From an uncultured Gammaproteobacteria bacterium (lineage in GTDB: Bacteria; Pseudomonadota; Gammaproteobacteria; CAMYKB01), in assembly GCA_947258875.1 (NCBI GenBank), contig CAMYKB010000001.1, forward strand, positions 120,037-184,036: a stretch of 64,000 nt of DNA. Reading direction: 5' to 3'. The notes under the pieces are model-generated. The model made no database searches and had not been told where the DNA came from. It worked only from the letters and a program-made list of their open reading frames with translations. Shown here one piece after another: positions 48,238-58,684 of the stretch. The position numbers and the translations under genes were made by a program. Each line of letters starts with the position of its first letter. The stretch's first letter is position 1.

Positions 48238-49236
48238 TTATGTACTCAGATCCGCCCAATCATAGGACTGCGTTTCGTCATCGTAGGCACCATCACCATC
48301 GCTGTCGATATCCACCTGCACCTGGAACCCTGTGGTACCGAATTCATTGCTCAGCACCGTCAGCCTGAGGCCGGAATTCGCGCCGCTGACGGTCAACTGA
48401 CCGGCATGAGGATATGTTTCAGCAAAGTAATCAAGAACGAACGGCGAGTTCGTGACCACCGTGATGATGCCACCCAGATCGGTGCTATCAAGCGTGTAGT
48501 CGGCGGTCGATGACTCCCTGCCTATGGTGTACTCATCAATGATATTGAAGTTGAACGCACTCATCACAAAGCTGCTGCCAGCAGTAGTGACACTGAGGCG
48601 GGAGCCCGAGATGGTCACGCTGTCATCTTCGAATCCGTCGCCGGTGACATCCGCAAATTCAATGCTGATATTAAAGCCGCCATTCATAACGGCACTTTCA
48701 CCGCTCTCGGTAATCGAAAAATCGTTAAAATCAAGCGTAAGCGAAATAATAGTCGGATTATTCAGGTCGTCGAAACTAAGACCAGAATATGAGATAACGC
48801 CATCCAGGACCGTTCCAAAACCATCATCACAATTGCTATAAGTAATATCTCCTGCGAGCGCAGTATCATCGTAACTCATGGTTCCGCCGCCCGCGCAATT
48901 CTCCGTAATCAAGGCACCCGCAACAATGAGCCCATTGTCCGTATTACGGTTCATGAGGTCCCGCGCAATCCGCGAAGACACACCGGCGAGCGTCGGTTGG
49001 TCACTAACAGATGTGGAGACACTGCCTGTGCCCCTTAACAGGGGGACACCCAAATCGGTAAATCCGGAGTCGGTCAATGAATACGCCTCGTAGGCAACTT
49101 GTTTGGCATTTGTCGGCGTGATTGCAATCGGGTCCGATGTCGGCACAAAATCGCTCCCGCCGCCTCCACCACAGGCGGTCAATGCAAATGTAATACCCGT
49201 AATGGCAAGAATTTCTCTGGTAAATTTAGACTTCAT
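48238..49236 (-). CDS. Secreted lipoprotein, D/G/S/T-rich (unknown function)
   Basis: Lipobox LTAC followed by GGGGGS. 332 aa, acidic, with many repeated D-G and S-G motifs. Confidence 0.6.
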   Translation of the reverse strand: MKSKFTREILAITGITFALTACGGGGGSDFVPTSDPIAITPTNAKQVAYEAYSLTDSGFTDLGVPLLRGTGSVSTSVSDQPTLAGVSSRIARDLMNRNTDNGLIVAGALITENCAGGGTMSYDDTALAGDITYSNCDDGFGTVLDGVISYSGLSFDDLNNPTIISLTLDFNDFSITESGESAVMNGGFNISIEFADVTGDGFEDDSVTISGSRLSVTTAGSSFVMSAFNFNIIDEYTIGRESSTADYTLDSTDLGGIITVVTNSPFVLDYFAETYPHAGQLTVSGANSGLRLTVLSNEFGTTGFQVQVDIDSDGDGAYDDETQSYDWADLST

Positions 49237-49584
49237 ATCAGTTTCCCCAATTTAGGACAGCTCAGGAATCGCAAACAGGTCCGGATTGTCTCAAACCCGA
49301 AGCCAGAGGCTGCCCCCAAACCAGACAGGCGGTCGAATATGCACGACAATGCGCTACGCATTCGGTAGCCATTGCTACACTCTAGCCGCAGACCCACACA
49401 TAACACACACCCCCTTCTAAAAGCGTGTTCCCGGTATCACCCCGGACAATCAAAATCCATTGATTATCAAACTGTTAAGTCCATGCCTGTGCAACTTGAC
49501 TTGTATCAATAATTGCCCCCGCAATCTCGATCTATGATCTATATTAAGTAGACATGTTTTTCACACCAAGCCAGGGGGTGAACC

Positions 49585-50055
49585 ATGGCAATGGCAGCGA
49601 CGTTACGCGAATTTCTTGATGAACAAGGTATGGAGTATGAGGTGATCGCTCACCCCTACACCACAGGCGGACTGCAAACCGCTGAATCGGCACATATTCC
49701 GGGCGACCAACTGGCCAAAAGCGTGTTATTGGAAGACGAGAACGGTTATCTGATAGCAGTACTGCCGGCGACTCATCGCATCGAACTGAACACATTACGC
49801 GAGCAACTCAATCGCGATCTGGAACTCGCCACGGAGGACGAGATCTGCAATCTATTCGATGACTGTGAAACAGGCGCCATGCCTCCGATAGGCGAACCCT
49901 ATGGAATTGACGTGGTATATGACAACAGCCTGACGGAAAACCAGGATGTCTTCTTTGAGGCAGGCGATCACACCGGCCTGGTACACGTCAGTAGCTGGGA
50001 TTTTCAGGAGCTGATGCCTTCAGCAGAACACGGAGATTTCAGCAGACACATTTAG
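49585..50055 (+). CDS. YbaK/ProX-like aminoacyl-tRNA deacylase domain protein
   Basis: YbaK-domain pattern (AKSVLLEDENGYLIAVLPATHRIEL) and length. Confidence 0.65.
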   Translation: MAMAATLREFLDEQGMEYEVIAHPYTTGGLQTAESAHIPGDQLAKSVLLEDENGYLIAVLPATHRIELNTLREQLNRDLELATEDEICNLFDDCETGAMPPIGEPYGIDVVYDNSLTENQDVFFEAGDHTGLVHVSSWDFQELMPSAEHGDFSRHI

Positions 50056-50315
50056 TAGCCGCATGTATAGGACACCACAACAATGCGCACCATGAGTGAA
50101 CAGGCCCAGGTTCCAGGAATGGGGTGGCTGCTGCGCACCACTTTATATTCACCACACTATATGAGTACTGCTGTTGCATTCATTCCAGGCAACAGCAATA
50201 CACTGTATACACCGATCGCGCCCTAGCTACGCGACTCAATTTACAGGTCATTAGATAGCAACAATAGAGTTTCACAGAGCATATTTAACAGTCCAAGTAA
50301 AAGTAAGGAGGACCT

Positions 50316-50546
50316 ATGAGAATACAAAGCACCGATCCGATCAGCATGCAGGATGTCCCGCAGCCGCTGGATGCACACCCCTTTGTTGTCGAAGGTGATG
50401 GCGACAGTGCATTAAAAATTTATTTTGAATCGGAAGACAATAAACAAATTTATCTGGATATCGAGGTCGAGAATCCTGCCAAAAACTTTGAGACCAGTCT
50501 GGATAATCCCTCAGGCATGGGTCCGGGAGACCACAAGCACGTATAG
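50316..50546 (+). CDS. Hypothetical small acidic protein (76 aa)
   Basis: Strong RBS AAGGAGG 6 nt upstream of the ATG, and a terminator immediately downstream. Confidence 0.45.
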   Translation: MRIQSTDPISMQDVPQPLDAHPFVVEGDGDSALKIYFESEDNKQIYLDIEVENPAKNFETSLDNPSGMGPGDHKHV

Positions 50547-50571
50547 ACCAGGAGGCAAAAATCACAGCACA

Positions 50572-50600
50572 TAAAGGCCCGCAGTGCGGGCCTTTGTTTC
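50572..50600. terminator. Bidirectional terminator hairpin (aggcccgcagtgcgggcct) between convergent genes
   Basis: 9-bp GC stem with a T-rich tract on the plus side and an A-run on the other side. Confidence 0.6.
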
Positions 50601-50608
50601 AGGCTTTT

Positions 50609-51505
50609 TCAGTCAGTCCGCGCGACTATTCTATTCTCAATGCGACCGATACCTTCCACTTCGCATGTGACCACATCTCCCGGCCTGAGAAATTCGGGCG
50701 GTTTGCGCGCAAAGCCCACCCCGGCCGGTGTGCCAGTAGCGATAACTGTACCCGACAACAAGGTCATGCCTCGCGATAAGATGGAGATCGTGGTCGCCAC
50801 ATCAAAGATTTGATGTTGTGTGTTCGATTCTTGCTTGGTCACACTATTTACCAAGCAACGTAAACCAAGCCGTTGCGGGTCGGGAATCTCATCTTTGGTG
50901 ACTATCCATGGCCCCATCGGGCAAGCCCCATCCAGACTCTTGCCCAAAAAAAACTGTTTGTGGCGCTTTTGCAGATCGCGCGCCGAAATATCATTAATCA
51001 CGGTATAACCGAACACATGCTCTAACGCATCCTGAGGTGATATACCCCTTCCAGGCTTACCCACGATCACGCCCAGTTCGACCTCCCAATCCATCTCATC
51101 GGAAACCCTTGCGTCATGCAGAATATCACCATAAGGTGCATTTACGCTGCTAACCGCCTTGGTAAATACAATAGGATGTTCCGGCAAGTCCGCATCACGA
51201 CCGAAGGCGCCCGCCGATTCCTCGGCATGCTCGATATAATTCCAGCCTAGGCAGATAATATTTTGCCGGGGAACGGGTATCGGGGCCCGTAGTACAACGT
51301 CCATCAGTGGCACACAATCGTCTGCTGAAGTGGCCTCAACAAAATCGGACAGCTCCACCAGACCTTCATCACCCGCATCAATCAGCGCCTGCATGTTGTC
51401 GCGTCTACCGCGCCATAAACCCGACAGTGATGGCAGTATTACAGACTCACCTCTCACCACACCAAGATGCTCACGTTGCTTATAGAAACAACTTATCAAC
51501 TGCAT
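50609..51505 (-). CDS. Fumarylacetoacetate hydrolase (FAH) family protein
   Basis: Conserved FAH-fold blocks (GLGWNYIEHAEE, FTKAVSSVNAP, VELGVIVGKPG, YTVINDISARD). Confidence 0.8.
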   Translation of the reverse strand: MQLISCFYKQREHLGVVRGESVILPSLSGLWRGRRDNMQALIDAGDEGLVELSDFVEATSADDCVPLMDVVLRAPIPVPRQNIICLGWNYIEHAEESAGAFGRDADLPEHPIVFTKAVSSVNAPYGDILHDARVSDEMDWEVELGVIVGKPGRGISPQDALEHVFGYTVINDISARDLQKRHKQFFLGKSLDGACPMGPWIVTKDEIPDPQRLGLRCLVNSVTKQESNTQHQIFDVATTISILSRGMTLLSGTVIATGTPAGVGFARKPPEFLRPGDVVTCEVEGIGRIENRIVARTD

Positions 51506-51746
51506 AGCGCCTTTCCCCTAGCGGAACCTGTACATCTTATGTCACGAACAGCGGCCATAATCAATAAGCGCCAGACCGCTAACACCGGGCTTGTAAACCC
51601 ACAAACCGCTCCACCGAAAGCAAACAATTGTTAAAAACACCAATGCCTGTGCGTTCACTTCGACTTTCTGTGCTAATTTCCTCCATAGACTTTCAGCCGC
51701 ATTGACAACTTTCAATGCATAACAGAACAACCACGAGGAAAATACG

Positions 51747-51953
51747 ATGGATAAGCTCATTGCTCTTGTTACCGAACGTGCCGGCATTTCTGAAGACCAG
51801 GCTGCCAGTGCAGTCAACACAGTACTTGGTTTCGTCAAGGATAAGCTGCCTGATTCAATCAGTAACAATTTTGACAGCATCATGGAAGGCGAAGCCGGTG
51901 GCGGCGCTCTCGACAGCCTAAAGGGCCTTGCTGGCAAATTCATGAATAAGTAA
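51747..51953 (+). CDS. Hypothetical small protein (68 aa)
   Basis: GAGGAAAA RBS and an intrinsic terminator directly downstream. Confidence 0.45.
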   Translation: MDKLIALVTERAGISEDQAASAVNTVLGFVKDKLPDSISNNFDSIMEGEAGGGALDSLKGLAGKFMNK

Positions 51954-51982
51954 GCACTCTCAGAGAGAGTGTAGTCACCGAA

Positions 51983-52009
51983 GGGCCGCTGTAGCGGCCC
52001 TTTTTTATT
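51983..52009 (+). terminator. Rho-independent terminator
   Basis: gggccgctgtagcggccc hairpin followed by ttttttatt. Confidence 0.7.
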
Positions 52010-52064
52010 GCTTAGCATTGATATACACCTGCCCTTCAATACCTGCATGGACTAATATCAATGC

Positions 52065-53366
52065 ATGGATCGTTTTAGCCTGCAGCCAACAGGGTCTGCC
52101 CTGTTACATAAACTGGTACACGTCAATGCACAGGAAGTTGCTGCATTGTTATGGTCCTTCCTCTACTTCTTCTGCCTGCTATGCGCCTATTATATTCTGC
52201 GTCCGTTACGCGAGGAAATGGCCATCGCGGGTGGCGTGGAAAACCTGCAATGGGTGTTTACCGGAACGTTTATTGTGATGTTGGCTGCGGTACCATTGTT
52301 TGGCATGGCGGCATCGCGTCTGCCACGCAGCAAGCTATTGCCAATTGTTTATCTATTCTTCATCGCCAATATCATGATTTTCTTTGCGCTGTTCCAGTAT
52401 GACGCAGTAAAGGTATACACCGCACGCGCCTTCTTTATCTGGACCAGCGTCTTCAACCTGTTCGTAGTCTCCGTATTCTGGAGCTTCATGACAGACATCT
52501 TCAGCAACAACCAGGGAAAGCGCCTATTCGGGTTTATTGCCGCCGGCGGCAGCATGGGCGCTATTACAGGTCCGTTAATAACGGCACAGCTGGCTGAGCC
52601 ATTGGGCCCAACCAATTTGCTACCAATTTCGGCGTTATTGCTGGCTATAGCGATGTTGTGTATCCGCGCGCTGTCACGCTGGAGCGTGCATCACGGTGAA
52701 CGGCGCGAGACCACGCGCATCTCGCATAAACCCATAGGCGGCAGCATCTGGGCCGGCATCAAGCAGGTCCTGGAATCGCCTTTTCTCATGGGCATATGCC
52801 TGTTTATCTGGTTATACACGACGCTGGCAACATTTCTGTATTTCTCCCAGGCCCATATCATTGCTGAAACCTTCGACGATCCGGCACAGCGTACTACCCT
52901 GTTTGCGTGGATCGACCTGGCTGTCAATAGCCTCACGGTCATCACACAACTCGCCTTAACCGGCCGGCTCATGAAATGGCTGGGGCTGCCAATGATACTG
53001 GCATTGGTACCCGTACTGACCGCCGCCGGTTTTATGGGCCTGGGCCTTGCGCCCGTGTTGCCCATGCTGCTCAGTGTGCAGGTAATGCGCCGCGCAGGTA
53101 ATTTTGCCCTTACCCGGCCAGCACGCGAAATCCTGTTCACTGTTGTCAACCGCGAGGCCCGATACAAGGCCAAGAACTTTATCGACACAGTCGTTTACCG
53201 TGGCGGCGACGTCATCAGCGGCTGGGTATTTGTCGGCCTCAAAAGCCTCGGCCTCGGCCTGTCGTCCATCGCTTTGTTAGCCGTGCCTCTTGCACTGCTA
53301 TGGGCTTTCGTCGGCTGGTCACTGGGAAACAAGCAGGAGCGCCTCAAAACAGATGCAGAACCCTGA
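52065..53366 (+). CDS. TLC/NTT-family (ADP/ATP translocase-like) MFS-type transporter
   Basis: N-terminal block LYFFCLLCAYYILRPLREEMAIAG and FWSFMTDIFSNNQGKRLFGFIAAGGSMGAITGP resemble the TLC signature regions (Y..LR..KD and FW.FAN....AKRFY). About 12 TM helices. Confidence 0.55.
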   Translation: MDRFSLQPTGSALLHKLVHVNAQEVAALLWSFLYFFCLLCAYYILRPLREEMAIAGGVENLQWVFTGTFIVMLAAVPLFGMAASRLPRSKLLPIVYLFFIANIMIFFALFQYDAVKVYTARAFFIWTSVFNLFVVSVFWSFMTDIFSNNQGKRLFGFIAAGGSMGAITGPLITAQLAEPLGPTNLLPISALLLAIAMLCIRALSRWSVHHGERRETTRISHKPIGGSIWAGIKQVLESPFLMGICLFIWLYTTLATFLYFSQAHIIAETFDDPAQRTTLFAWIDLAVNSLTVITQLALTGRLMKWLGLPMILALVPVLTAAGFMGLGLAPVLPMLLSVQVMRRAGNFALTRPAREILFTVVNREARYKAKNFIDTVVYRGGDVISGWVFVGLKSLGLGLSSIALLAVPLALLWAFVGWSLGNKQERLKTDAEP

Positions 53367-53421
53367 AACTGTGCCACACTCTAAGGAACCTCAAAATAAT
53401 GTCATTCTTAGGCAGGCCAGC

Positions 53422-54363
53422 ATGAAGAAAAACCTGAATACAGTGATACCTCTATCACGCCGCGACCTCCTCAAGTGGATATTGGCTGCAAGCGGCTCCG
53501 CTATGCTTGGCAACAAAGCCAGCGCCGCACGCCTGCCTGCCATCACACGCACCATAGCCTCCAGCAGTGAGACCATTCCTGTTGTTGGCTTGGGAACATC
53601 ACGCACCTTCAATGTAGGAACCTCAGCGGATGAACGTGCGGCGATTAAAGAAGTCCTTAAGTTATTCGTCACAAACGGCGGCAGCATTGTCGATAGCTCA
53701 CCCATGTACGGCGAAGCGGAACGCGTAGTCGGTGATCTGTCCGTGGAACTGAAAATTCAGGACAAACTATTTCTAGCGACCAAGGTCTGGACCGAAGGGC
53801 GTGACGCCGGCATTGAACAAATGAAGACATCGATGCGGCTATTGCACACCAACAAAATTGATCTCATGCAGGTTCATAATCTGGTTGACACGAAGACACA
53901 TCTAAAAACCCTGCGTGACTGGAAAGAAAAAGGCCTCATCCGCTATATTGGAATTACTCATTACCGCGTTGATGCACATGCCGCATTGGCGAAAGTTATC
54001 CGCAAGGAACCACTCGATTTTGTGCAATTCAATTATTCGATCGTCACTCGCGACGCCGAGCAAACCCTGCTACCTTTGTGCCGAGACAGGGGAGTTGCTA
54101 CTATGATTAATAGACCTTATGAAAGGGGCGCACTATTCGCCAAGGTTAATGGCCAGGAGCTACCGGAGTGGGCGCAGGAATTTGATTGTTCAAGCTGGGG
54201 ACAATTTTTTCTTAAATTTATACTCTCCCACCCGGATGTGACCACGATCATCCCGGCCACCAGCAAGACAAAACATCTGCTCGATAACATGCAGGCCGGT
54301 GTCGGCCGCCTGCCTGACACCACGACCCGCGAACGCATGGCAAAGTTCGTAATGGAATTTTAA
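53422..54363 (+). CDS. Aldo/keto reductase with a Tat signal peptide
   Basis: Twin-arginine motif SRRDLLKW, and AKR blocks (VVGLGTS, GGSIVDSSPMYG, IRYIGIT). Confidence 0.75.
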   Translation: MKKNLNTVIPLSRRDLLKWILAASGSAMLGNKASAARLPAITRTIASSSETIPVVGLGTSRTFNVGTSADERAAIKEVLKLFVTNGGSIVDSSPMYGEAERVVGDLSVELKIQDKLFLATKVWTEGRDAGIEQMKTSMRLLHTNKIDLMQVHNLVDTKTHLKTLRDWKEKGLIRYIGITHYRVDAHAALAKVIRKEPLDFVQFNYSIVTRDAEQTLLPLCRDRGVATMINRPYERGALFAKVNGQELPEWAQEFDCSSWGQFFLKFILSHPDVTTIIPATSKTKHLLDNMQAGVGRLPDTTTRERMAKFVMEF

Positions 54364-54505
54364 TTACATACGGATCATGCCGGCAGCATATCCCTGCATC
54401 CACGAACATGGCTAACCCGTATCCTTGAGGAAGGACCTCTATACTTTGCGCTCCATTACCTAAACTGTTCTACTGATCATGATAATAACCCAAGAAAAAT
54501 GATTC

Positions 54506-55966
54506 ATGGCAGATCATAAGTTCGTCAAACCCAAACATTTTAACTGCAACCTTGTGGTTATCGGCGCGGGTTCCGCGGGACTGGTCAGCGCCTATATCGC
54601 AGCCGCGGTCAAAGCCAAGGTAACGCTCATCGAAAAAAACAAAATGGGAGGCGATTGCCTGAATACCGGCTGCGTACCTTCCAAGGCCCTGTTACGCTCT
54701 GCAAAATTTCTATCGCATGTAAAACGCGCCAAGGAATTCGGGTTTAAATCTGCCAATGCCGAATTCGATTTCGCCGACATCATGCAACGGGTGCAGCGGG
54801 TCATCAAGACCATAGAACCGCATGATTCCGTTGCACGCTATACCAAACTGGGGGTCGAGTGCATTACTGGTGAAGCGCGCATTACCTCACCCTGGTCTGT
54901 CGAGGTCAACGGCCAGGCCCTGACAACCCGCAGTATCATTATCGCTGCCGGCGCCCGGCCCTTTGTGCCACCGATACCGGGTATCGACGAGGTGGGTTAC
55001 TACACCTCCGATAATATCTGGGACCTACGTGAACTGCCGAAACGCCTGGTAATTCTCGGAGGCGGGCCGATTGGTTGCGAACTGGCGCAGGCGTTTGCGC
55101 GGTTTGGCAGTGAAGTCAGTCAGGTTGAAATGCTGCCCCGGATCATGTCACGCGAAGACGCTGATATCTCCGAGATGGTAACGCAGCGCTTTCACAGCGA
55201 AGGGATCAATGTACTCACTGATCACAAGGCCAAACAGTTCATCAAAGAAAATGGCCGCAAGATCATGATTTGTGAACACCAGGGCAAGGATGTCCATATC
55301 GAGTTCGACGAAGTGCTGGTAGCGGTTGGTCGCAAGGCGAATACGGAGGGTTATGGACTGCAGGAAATCGGCGTAGCGATAAGTCAACGTGGCACGATTG
55401 CGACCAATCGCTACCTACAAACCAACTACCCCAGCATCTATGCCTGTGGCGATGTCGCAGGGCCCTATCAGTTCACACATACCGCAGCACATCAGGCCTG
55501 GTATTGTGCAGTCAATGCACTGTTCGGGGTTAAAAAATTCAAGGCCGATTATTCTGTGATCCCCTGGGCCACCTTCACCGAACCCGAGGTGGCACGTGTC
55601 GGCCTCAACGAGCTGGAGGCCAAAGAGCAGGGCGTTGATTACGAAGTTACTACCTACGGCATCGACGACCTGGACCGCGCCATTGCAGAAGAAGAAGCCC
55701 ATGGCCTGGTCAAGATACTGACTCAGCCAGGCAAGGACAGGATACTGGGCGCCACTATCGTCGGCGAACATGCGGGCGATTTGATTGCCGAATATGTAGC
55801 TGCGATGCGCCACAACCTTGGGCTGAACAAGCTACTCGGCACCATACATATATATCCTACGCTGGCCGAAGCCAATAAATTCGCTGCCGGTGCCTGGAAA
55901 AAGGCGCATGCACCGGAAAGCTTGCTACGCTGGGTGGAACGCTTTCACGACTGGCGCCGCGGATAA
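54506..55966 (+). CDS. Class I pyridine nucleotide-disulfide oxidoreductase (dihydrolipoamide dehydrogenase / glutathione reductase family)
   Basis: FAD motif VVIGAGSAG, redox disulfide GGDCLNTGCVPSK, NAD motif ILGGGPIG, C-terminal dimerisation domain. No metal-binding N-terminal domain or C-terminal Cys pair, so it is not MerA. Confidence 0.8.
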   Translation: MADHKFVKPKHFNCNLVVIGAGSAGLVSAYIAAAVKAKVTLIEKNKMGGDCLNTGCVPSKALLRSAKFLSHVKRAKEFGFKSANAEFDFADIMQRVQRVIKTIEPHDSVARYTKLGVECITGEARITSPWSVEVNGQALTTRSIIIAAGARPFVPPIPGIDEVGYYTSDNIWDLRELPKRLVILGGGPIGCELAQAFARFGSEVSQVEMLPRIMSREDADISEMVTQRFHSEGINVLTDHKAKQFIKENGRKIMICEHQGKDVHIEFDEVLVAVGRKANTEGYGLQEIGVAISQRGTIATNRYLQTNYPSIYACGDVAGPYQFTHTAAHQAWYCAVNALFGVKKFKADYSVIPWATFTEPEVARVGLNELEAKEQGVDYEVTTYGIDDLDRAIAEEEAHGLVKILTQPGKDRILGATIVGEHAGDLIAEYVAAMRHNLGLNKLLGTIHIYPTLAEANKFAAGAWKKAHAPESLLRWVERFHDWRRG

Positions 55967-56043
55967 TTTATGCTGCATCTCCAATTATTTACAGCACATA
56001 GTGAACACAATAATAATTTCCAATACGGGGGAGGAATACAGCT

Positions 56044-57429
56044 ATGTTCGCACCGGCATCAGCGATTTATTTCTGGGGATTTCTGGGCATATACGGCATC
56101 GTCATGTATGTCATCTCACCAAAGGCACATACGATAAGCGGATTCTTTGAGGGTACCGACGAACAGGGCCACGCCGCATCCACATGGTCATTAACCGCCA
56201 GCATCTTTATCAGCTGGATCTTCGCCAAATCGGTGACCAATGCCGCCAACCTCGGCGCAAGTTACGGCATCGTCGGCGGCCTCGCCTATGCGGCCTACTG
56301 GCTCTCGATACCAGTTGCCGGCATCGTGATCTACCGCTTGCGAACACATTACGGTGCCAAAGGCCTAGTGTCATTCCTGATCGGCAAATATGGCCGCCTG
56401 GCTGCACTGGCATTCGCTTTAGCGATTCTGGTACGGCTGTATAACGAGATCTGGAGCAATACCGCGGTGATCGGTGGATACTTTGGCCAGCCCGGCGAGG
56501 CGCCTTTCATTATTGCCGCATTCTGTTTCACGGCTGTGACATTGCTATACAGCATCAAGGGTGGTCTACGCAGCTCAATCTTTACCGACGTGATCCAGGC
56601 GGTTATCTTTGTGTTTTTTCTCGCCCTGGTACTGTTTATTATTCTCCCCAAACACGGCGCAGCTGCATTGCTGACGTCCGGTGAATTCAGGCTCAATGCC
56701 GGCGTGGATCTTTTGCTGGTCGCGCTACTGCAAATCTTCAGTTACCCCTTCCATGACCCGGTATTGACTGACCGCGGTTTTATCACCGAAGAAAAAGCGA
56801 TGTTACGATCCTTCATCGTCGCCGGCATCCTCGGTTTTTTCTGCATTCTGGCATTCAGCCTGGTCGGTGTGCACGCCTATATTGAGGGCATTGCGGCCGC
56901 AGGCAATGCGCCTGCTGCGGTAGCGCGCGCCTTTGGTGTGACGGCATTGTTTGTGATGACCGTGATCATGATGACGTCGGCAGGATCTACATTGGACTCC
57001 ACCTTCAGCTCGCTGGCTAAAACGATTGCGCAAGATGTCCCGTTGCTCGCCAGGATGACACCGCATTTCAACCCTGTGCGCGTTGGCATCCTGGTGATGC
57101 TGGTGTTCGCTATTCTGGGCAACCTGCCGATGGTTGCCGGCACCGACATCCTCAAGGCTACCACCGTCAGCGGCACCATGGTAATGGGTCTGGCACCGGT
57201 TTTTCTGTTGCAACGCTGGGCACAGTACTCGCCCTGGAGTTTCCATTTAAGTTTCTGGCCGGGATTCGCACTCGGCATACTGTTGGCCACTGGCCATATC
57301 CCGCCAGCCTGGGCTATCGGCGAAGGCAAATACGCGTTACTCCTGGGCACCAATCTCTACGGACTGTGCATCTGTACCGCAGGTTTCATGCTACCGCTGA
57401 TACTCTCGCACCGAACTCGTCAAAGCTGA
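56044..57429 (+). CDS. Sodium:solute symporter (SSS) family transporter
   Basis: About 13 TM helices with an SSS-like N-terminal region. Substrate unknown. Confidence 0.55.
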   Translation: MFAPASAIYFWGFLGIYGIVMYVISPKAHTISGFFEGTDEQGHAASTWSLTASIFISWIFAKSVTNAANLGASYGIVGGLAYAAYWLSIPVAGIVIYRLRTHYGAKGLVSFLIGKYGRLAALAFALAILVRLYNEIWSNTAVIGGYFGQPGEAPFIIAAFCFTAVTLLYSIKGGLRSSIFTDVIQAVIFVFFLALVLFIILPKHGAAALLTSGEFRLNAGVDLLLVALLQIFSYPFHDPVLTDRGFITEEKAMLRSFIVAGILGFFCILAFSLVGVHAYIEGIAAAGNAPAAVARAFGVTALFVMTVIMMTSAGSTLDSTFSSLAKTIAQDVPLLARMTPHFNPVRVGILVMLVFAILGNLPMVAGTDILKATTVSGTMVMGLAPVFLLQRWAQYSPWSFHLSFWPGFALGILLATGHIPPAWAIGEGKYALLLGTNLYGLCICTAGFMLPLILSHRTRQS

Positions 57430-57589
57430 ACATACCGGACCCCGGTAAGGTAAATGTAGCCCCTTGCGGAAGCGTCGCAAGGCAGATAGCCTAGGGTGCC
57501 GGATCGTTAGGGAGCATTGACGATGCTCGGTACACCAATAAGAATAGCTGGCCTATGATTTGCGCCCGGACGCAAAGGAAACGTCGAAT

Positions 57590-58684
57590 ATGTTGTTAAC
57601 AACATGCCCATCACGCCGGGCTTATCACTCGATAGTGCATTTCGCCTACGGCCTGATGCTGCTTGCAGCGCCCGCAATCGAGGCCGCACCACCTGGACCT
57701 CCGCCCGCACCCGTCATTGTCACCGATGCCGTTGAACGTGAAATGGCGCCCTTTGCATGGTTTGCGGGCACGATCATCAGCCGCAACGATGCGCGCCTGT
57801 CTGCCGAAGCCGATGGCCGACTGCTGTGGGTTGCCGAGGTCGGTGATATCGTAACCAAAGGGGATGTGGTTGTACGCATCGACGATACTCTGATACGTCA
57901 AGATCTAAGCGCACAGCAAGCCGCTGTTGCGCGCGAACGTGCGCGCCTGGCTTACCTCAATCAGGAGGTGAAACGCCTACAAAAGTTGGTACGCCAGAAC
58001 AGCGCCTCGCAGAGTACTCTCGATGAGAACATATCCAATCAGGCTGTCACACGTAACGAGCTTAAGGCGGCGCAAGCGCGCGTAGAACAGACCCAGGAAC
58101 ACCTAAACCGCTCTCAAATACGTGCACCGTTCACTGGCGTTATCACGGAGCGCAGCCTGCAGGCTGGTGAATGGGCCAATAGTGGTGACAGTGTCGTGCG
58201 TATCGTCGATACCGGCTCGATGGAAGTGCAAACCCGAGTGCCGGTGGACTCATTATCCTTTATCAAACCAGGAAACGTACTGAACCTGAAGTTAGCCAAT
58301 GGCCGTCAGGGAAAGGCTGCGGTACGCACCATCGTCCCTGTTGGTGACGACCAGTCGCGTTTATATGAATTACGTCTAACACTTGTCGAAAATGGCTGGC
58401 TGGCTGGGCAAACAGTACAGGTGGCCGTACCGACTGCTGCAACACGCAAGGTCATTGCGGTGCCGCGTGATGCACTGGTGTTACGGCGCGACGGGGCGCG
58501 GGTATTTCGTATCAAGGATGACAATACAGCCGATCCGGTAGGTGTCGAGACTGGTGTTGCTGTTGGCGACTACATCGAGGTCCAGGGCGGCATCAAATCC
58601 GGTGACAGGGTCGTAATCCGTGGCGGTGAACGCCTGCAACCCGGCCAGATAGTACAACCGAATTCCAGCCTTATGGCACAATGA
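57590..58684 (+). CDS. RND efflux membrane fusion (periplasmic adaptor) protein
   Basis: Signal/TM N-terminus, coiled-coil hairpin region, beta-barrel and MP domains. Start chosen at the ATG at 57590 (AAGGAAA RBS). Overlaps the next gene by ATGA. Confidence 0.8.
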   Translation: MLLTTCPSRRAYHSIVHFAYGLMLLAAPAIEAAPPGPPPAPVIVTDAVEREMAPFAWFAGTIISRNDARLSAEADGRLLWVAEVGDIVTKGDVVVRIDDTLIRQDLSAQQAAVARERARLAYLNQEVKRLQKLVRQNSASQSTLDENISNQAVTRNELKAAQARVEQTQEHLNRSQIRAPFTGVITERSLQAGEWANSGDSVVRIVDTGSMEVQTRVPVDSLSFIKPGNVLNLKLANGRQGKAAVRTIVPVGDDQSRLYELRLTLVENGWLAGQTVQVAVPTAATRKVIAVPRDALVLRRDGARVFRIKDDNTADPVGVETGVAVGDYIEVQGGIKSGDRVVIRGGERLQPGQIVQPNSSLMAQ

